The notes under the pieces: generated by a model
What the model was told of the DNA's origin: nothing
What the model saw: only the letters and a program-made list of their open reading frames with translations
The model's database searches: none
Part shown: positions 60,301 through 64,000 of the stretch, piece by piece
Position numbering within the stretch: the first letter of the stretch is position 1
Layout: each line of letters begins with the position of its first letter
Source: a virus
DNA: 64,000 bases
Direction: 5' to 3' (one strand)
Virus record (IMG/VR): IMGVR_UViG_3300045988_034528
Translations under genes and position numbers: made by a program

Positions 60301-63300
60301 TGGTAACTCTATCTTCTCTTTCTTTCTTCCTACCTGCAATAGTATCCTTAACATCTTGTGCATCCTGACCACTGAGATATGTCTGCTTGCTTCTATCAAG
60401 TACTTTACCATCAGGAGTAAGAACCTTATTATCTACCATCATTGAAGAATTAGTAGAATCCCCAAAGTTATCTTGTGCCCAAGCTAAATCAAATAATATT
60501 CTATTATCATTAGTAATTGTTACACTTTTACCTTGGTCATCCCTAATAGTATTTGTCTTTAAGTCCACATAGTATGGCTTGTTTGAGAATACAGATGTTA
60601 TTCTTGTACCACTTATAGCACCTTCAGTACCACCTACAGGAGTCTCTACTTTCCTCTTAGGTTGAGGAGCTACAGAAGCTGGACTTATAGCTTGATGTAA
60701 GTTACTTTCATTATCAAAGTAATCAGTTGTGAACCAAGTACCTCTTACTGAAGCCTCAGTAATATTTGAAGTGAGAATATTAGAGTTTATCAATCTGTTG
60801 TTGTATGTACCCTCATTTATTCTTCTTGTGCTAACCTGCAAAGGAAGATTGAACTTGATAAGGTGTCCAAGTATCTCATTGTATATATCCTCAGGATTCT
60901 TAGGGGTACCTAATGCACTTGTATCTCCCAAATCTTCAAGAGCAGCCACATCAAAGTTTATACCTCCAATCTCTGCACTCTTGCTACTTGTAGAGAAATA
61001 TACATCATACTTATCTTCCTTGATTTGCTCCTTCCCATTAATGGTTACTTTCTCATAAGTACCATCTGGCTTTCTTACCTTCTTACTGATAACAATTCCA
61101 TCACCTGTTCCACTATTGAACCAAGTAATCATAATATCCTGCATATACAAGTCTTGTGCTAAGTCTTGCATAGCAGCAGATACATCATCTTGTGATGTAG
61201 CAGTTGATAACTTAGTAATAGCATTCTTTATATCTTCTCCTATAGCAGTAGAACTTACTGAGCTATCATTCAAATTAAACTCTTCATTATTGAAGTGTTT
61301 AACTCTTACAGCAGCAGGAGAGTACTTACCAGCTCCATTAGGTATAAGCATATATAATCTACCCTCCTTTTGACTCATATCCACTGGCTTGATAATAAGA
61401 CTGTCATTAATCTTATTATTAGTAGTAAGAACACCATTCTTTATGATACCAAAGATAGGCTTTCTATCAGTTGAAGATACATTAGGAATATCTTTAAGAC
61501 TTCTTTCAGTATTACCATAAGGAACTCTACCTACCATTACCTTAGATACTCTTGTAGTAGGTGTAGCAATGAACTTACCTTTAGTTGAAATACTTTTTGC
61601 TACATATTTATCTACAGCTTCTTTTTTTAAGGGTACTCTTAAATCTCTACCAATACTAAAATCAACAAAGGCTCTTCCATCTTTTGTTATTATTATTTTC
61701 CTTATACCAACCTCTAATTTATTAGTAAACTGGTTAGTAAGTAAAGTAGTAATAGTTTTTTTTCCTTCTTCTACTTCTTCTTTAGTTGCATTATTCTTAG
61801 TAACTACTGTACCATCCTGCCTCCTAGCTCCAGCAGCATACTCTGCAAAGTCTATATCATCAAAGTCTAATTCTATAAATGCTTTTCCATCTTCTAGAGT
61901 TCTTATTTCTCCCTCTTGATGTCCTTTTGGGGCACCTTTAACATAAGTTAGTTTAGCAGAATAAGTTATAACAGTATTACCATTACTATCTATTTTCTTA
62001 TGTGGAGTAACATTATAATTAACCTCTCTAGTCTCGCTTTTTATATTAAAATTAAATCTATCTTCTGCTTGACTCTCATTATCAGACGGTTTTGAAGACT
62101 GAGAACCTCTCTCAGCATACTCACTTCTTATCTTCTCTTCAAGACTTTTCAGACCCTCATACCTTGAAACACTATAGTCAGATTCATCTAAACTACCAAC
62201 TACTTGACCATTCTTTTTATCTATAATAAATATAGTAGGTTGAGTATGCCAAGATTGTCCTTCTACTCTTTTTTCATATTCTGGGTCTATCATAAACCCA
62301 AGCTCACTGCCTACCTTTAAATTACCTTGATTAACATATTCAAAGGCATTATTATCTAATAGGTAGTTATATATCTCTGAAAAATCTACACCTTTTTCTC
62401 TCTCACTTACTACAACATTAAAAGGCCTAAAGTCTCCTTCCTTGCTTGCCTCTATATGTAGTTCAGGTATAGCAGGTCTATAGAATTGATTGGTAGTATC
62501 CCTACTTGGTCTTTGTGGAGTTTCTACCTTTTCATTAGCTTTCTTATTCTCCTCACTAACCATCTCAGCAGTTATATTACCTACAGGTAATTCTACTGTA
62601 GGCAAAGCCTCACTACTTGTTACAGTAGGAGTAGTAGTTGTACCACTATCTCCTGTATCAGTCCTATCATCACCTCTTACAGTTCCCTCTCTTTTCTCTA
62701 CTGGCTTCTTATATTCAGGTGAGAATCTATCCTTAAATTTATTGTCATTGTTTACTTTAGACATTGCTCTTTGAAGTTCATATTGAGCTTCTTGGAATCT
62801 TGTTGCAGACAACTCAACATCTCCCTCAGAATCTTCATCAAAGGCATTCTCATTATTAATGTAGATTGAATTAGGATTAGCTAAGTACTCCAAACTATCA
62901 GAGTTATTGAATTGGTCTTGAAGAAGTTTCATAGCATCTTGTTTAACCTGTGGTTCTGCATCTGACTCATTAAGAACTCTCCTTACTTCATTATTATATT
63001 GTGAAGTTTCTCTGTAGTTCTTAGCTATTTCACTACCTTCATCCTCAAGTTCTTTTAGGACTTTATCTCTATTCTCTGTATCATCTTGGGCATCTATTGT
63101 ACTTCTGAACTCTTGCAAGTTCTGTGCAGCATTTAAAGATGCTTTCAAGTCATCAGATTTCTTTTTAGTCTCTTGTAATGTAGCCTGTTCATCAGCTCTT
63201 GCATGGTCTTCTGCTTGCTTTTGAGGATTCTTAAGGTACTCTTTTAACTTTGCATTATATGTCTTTGAGGCATTACCTAACTTGACAATATCATTCAGCT

Positions 63301-64000
63301 TAGTTGTAATATCTGCTTTCTCATCTGCACTAAGTACAGTTTCATCTACCTCATTAATTTCCTTGATAAGACCATCTACAAACTTAGGATTAGTTGCCAA
63401 TGTATGAGCCAGTACCTTATCATCTTGACCTCTAACCATATTAAGAGTGTTGATAGCACCTTCAATGGCTTTTACATTCTTATCTGCTTGTTTATATCTA
63501 TCAGTTAAATCAGCATGAGATTGACCTTCAAAGTCTCTTACTTGCTGATTGAATCTAAGGAATGAATCTAAGTTACCTATTACATCACTAATAGCTGACT
63601 TTACCTCTCCAGACATAGCTGTTGCCCTTTCAGCCCAGTTACCTATCTGAGACTTCATCCATGTCAATTCTTCAAGCTGACCATCTGATAATTGCTGACC
63701 TGTTCTAAGAATAAGTTCATCCTTTATATCTTGATACTCCTTTATTGTATTAAGAATGTCTTCCTTATTCTTGTTTATTTTGGAAGCCATCTCATTCATA
63801 GCTTCTTTAGTCCCAAAATTGGCTATTATATTGCCATTATCATCTTTAGAAGCATATTGGGAAAATGGTCCAATTAAATTACCCTCTTCATCCTTTGAAG
63901 TAGTATTAACCACTATAGACTCTAAATCCTCTTGTGAAGTTCCTGATGCCTCATTTATAGCAGATTTTAAGTCTTCTAGCTTTCCTGCTTGGTCAAACAT
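57380..64000 (-). CDS. giant polyvalent protein (C-terminal 2206 aa; may extend beyond the window): PD-(D/E)XK nuclease, HExxH metallopeptidase and ART-like domains
   Basis: AGEVDILSVDKNGNFRIYDVKTSRY (about 59650..59720) fits D...(D/E)xK. GTAYHEAFHAVF...EEDMAEGFREY (HEAFH codons 58528..58542) fits a zincin. The C-terminal VVYHGGSS...GTYFTTS...SEYVVFNPNQIKS (about 57560..58010) fits an H-Y-E ADP-ribosyltransferase-like pattern. The N-terminal third is coiled-coil-like. Confidence 0.7.
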   Translation of the reverse strand: MFDQAGKLEDLKSAINEASGTSQEDLESIVVNTTSKDEEGNLIGPFSQYASKDDNGNIIANFGTKEAMNEMASKINKNKEDILNTIKEYQDIKDELILRTGQQLSDGQLEELTWMKSQIGNWAERATAMSGEVKSAISDVIGNLDSFLRFNQQVRDFEGQSHADLTDRYKQADKNVKAIEGAINTLNMVRGQDDKVLAHTLATNPKFVDGLIKEINEVDETVLSADEKADITTKLNDIVKLGNASKTYNAKLKEYLKNPQKQAEDHARADEQATLQETKKKSDDLKASLNAAQNLQEFRSTIDAQDDTENRDKVLKELEDEGSEIAKNYRETSQYNNEVRRVLNESDAEPQVKQDAMKLLQDQFNNSDSLEYLANPNSIYINNENAFDEDSEGDVELSATRFQEAQYELQRAMSKVNNDNKFKDRFSPEYKKPVEKREGTVRGDDRTDTGDSGTTTTPTVTSSEALPTVELPVGNITAEMVSEENKKANEKVETPQRPSRDTTNQFYRPAIPELHIEASKEGDFRPFNVVVSEREKGVDFSEIYNYLLDNNAFEYVNQGNLKVGSELGFMIDPEYEKRVEGQSWHTQPTIFIIDKKNGQVVGSLDESDYSVSRYEGLKSLEEKIRSEYAERGSQSSKPSDNESQAEDRFNFNIKSETREVNYNVTPHKKIDSNGNTVITYSAKLTYVKGAPKGHQEGEIRTLEDGKAFIELDFDDIDFAEYAAGARRQDGTVVTKNNATKEEVEEGKKTITTLLTNQFTNKLEVGIRKIIITKDGRAFVDFSIGRDLRVPLKKEAVDKYVAKSISTKGKFIATPTTRVSKVMVGRVPYGNTERSLKDIPNVSSTDRKPIFGIIKNGVLTTNNKINDSLIIKPVDMSQKEGRLYMLIPNGAGKYSPAAVRVKHFNNEEFNLNDSSVSSTAIGEDIKNAITKLSTATSQDDVSAAMQDLAQDLYMQDIMITWFNSGTGDGIVISKKVRKPDGTYEKVTINGKEQIKEDKYDVYFSTSSKSAEIGGINFDVAALEDLGDTSALGTPKNPEDIYNEILGHLIKFNLPLQVSTRRINEGTYNNRLINSNILTSNITEASVRGTWFTTDYFDNESNLHQAISPASVAPQPKRKVETPVGGTEGAISGTRITSVFSNKPYYVDLKTNTIRDDQGKSVTITNDNRILFDLAWAQDNFGDSTNSSMMVDNKVLTPDGKVLDRSKQTYLSGQDAQDVKDTIAGRKKEREDRVTKSKEVISEIYENQKRVDKTRTDGEFYYVLEDDGEYHQYSRVHSRLGSNWIVSDKQTKTLELARLNLSKFVDNPTQYENYLKHLENKFKIDLTAYRDKTDAKSRDTIMNIVRDKMSSTNSQRALDAGLAVDSIIRQYFTIKDVSKIVKPSNMSENAFIDLITTLNRVKSNMEQMGERFLADNIVLFQKYPDGTRIAGEVDILSVDKNGNFRIYDVKTSRYSFYDFTDRYGHKVNYFTTPSATQRMSTKDYYTLQLSAYKNLFESQYGVPVTKLAVMPFVLSYDKENVSAVQSEKGIPIAYNPAVNVPLASAVKVDKSTETPATPAQAQTVLPIFETSLETQNPIEDLTPEHSMNNADEGVGYFELDGKLHKGYVTPLTVIDGVEVYITKVPNITKGFGRETEVVHVASNSFYAVFPNGKTFLFLKNNQVQEGMIQSQVEDAIKKGLEAKPQKVKELASEKTILFDPDAVPTVNATPITTVETPATINQGNTQTGAAYTTQKEQAINNKKASRTRHKLRKVKSPDYEKWDEKKELKWLNKVLPQLSESDRVKVVKGLIKVGKRGTLAWGQFDKGVITLSDIAAEGTAYHEAFHAVFNLLLDNDERQALYDEARKLYGEKDNLSLEEDMAEGFREYVTTRQNAGLLGKIKNFFRDLWIKVTNWNSIRPHLTAYYQMINRGEYSNRELPVKTLSQARAGQEEYSKEMQDILTKAPRNSEGKLLVKPGGPVSNLTERQYAQVRTKAFKDWFGDWENDPENASKVVDENGEPLVVYHGGSSAKIFNTKGGQFGAGIKKGDIGTYFTTSKSNAKFYEEIYTFKSEEKWIELADLVREGLLNDEDKKKMDEAWEIEKPSTRAFFLNIRNPKITNYEGTRKKGYTKKDSNIGDNDGQHIIISDANYSEYVVFNPNQIKSATDNVGTFSRTNDDIRYRKVPNSSFESLDTEMQKNLLKKGWTVEKFDSISQEERDQAIKCIAF

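Noticed and set aside
45013-63877. Short ORFs nested in the three giant genes (e.g. 45013..45426, 45646..46456, 51206..51559, 53494..53832, 60176..62774)
   Set aside because: Each lies entirely within a multi-kilobase uninterrupted ORF on the opposite strand or in another frame. Their composition is typical of frame shadows.
1-64000. CRISPR arrays, integrase, excisionase or repressor (lysogeny) genes, and long terminal repeats
   Set aside because: I saw no regularly spaced repeat-spacer structure, no tyrosine- or serine-recombinase-like ORF, and no long duplicated segment within the window. Absence of these from the rest of the genome cannot be judged from this window.

Overview
The window looks like about 64 kb of a visibly AT-rich crAss-like (Crassvirales-type) phage of a Bacteroidota host. 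This call rests on three things: a giant ORF carrying a beta-prime-like DFDVDKM metal-binding motif (virion RNA polymerase type), the overall gene content, and repeated Bacteroides-type TTG-N20-TAnnTTTG promoters.

There are three transcription blocks:
- Block 1 (1-11.7 kb, minus strand): packaging and head-proximal genes (partial portal, terL, small conserved proteins), then a 16-tRNA array with a Dps-like gene embedded in it.
- Block 2 (12.4-57.2 kb, plus strand): small early genes with 3 more tRNAs; a replication and nucleotide-metabolism module (SF2 helicase, DnaB-like helicase, Sak4-like ATPase, primase, UDG, nucleases, NrdD/NrdG, dUTPase, family A DNA polymerase, ThyX); then two giant proteins including the RNAP.
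- Block 3 (57.4-64 kb, minus strand): the 3' part of a giant polyvalent protein with PD-(D/E)XK nuclease, HExxH metallopeptidase and ART-like domains.

The segment is heavily colonised by selfish elements:
- a LAGLIDADG intein in terL;
- a group I intron carrying a LAGLIDADG ORF, which splits a JAB/MPN gene;
- a free-standing GIY-YIG gene;
- four HNH genes, three of which are damaged.

Most interesting candidates:
- a translationally coupled JAB + E1-like (ThiF) cassette with a nearby beta-grasp-like small protein, i.e. a ubiquitin-like conjugation or sulfur-carrier type module;
- a promoter-driven, structured non-coding region next to the tRNA array;
- a Dps-like ferritin;
- a PI-PLC X-box-like phosphodiesterase;
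- a membrane-anchored retropepsin-like protease.

All coordinates for RNAs, motifs and splice or intein junctions come from manual reading and may be off by a few nucleotides. No lysogeny genes and no CRISPR array were seen.
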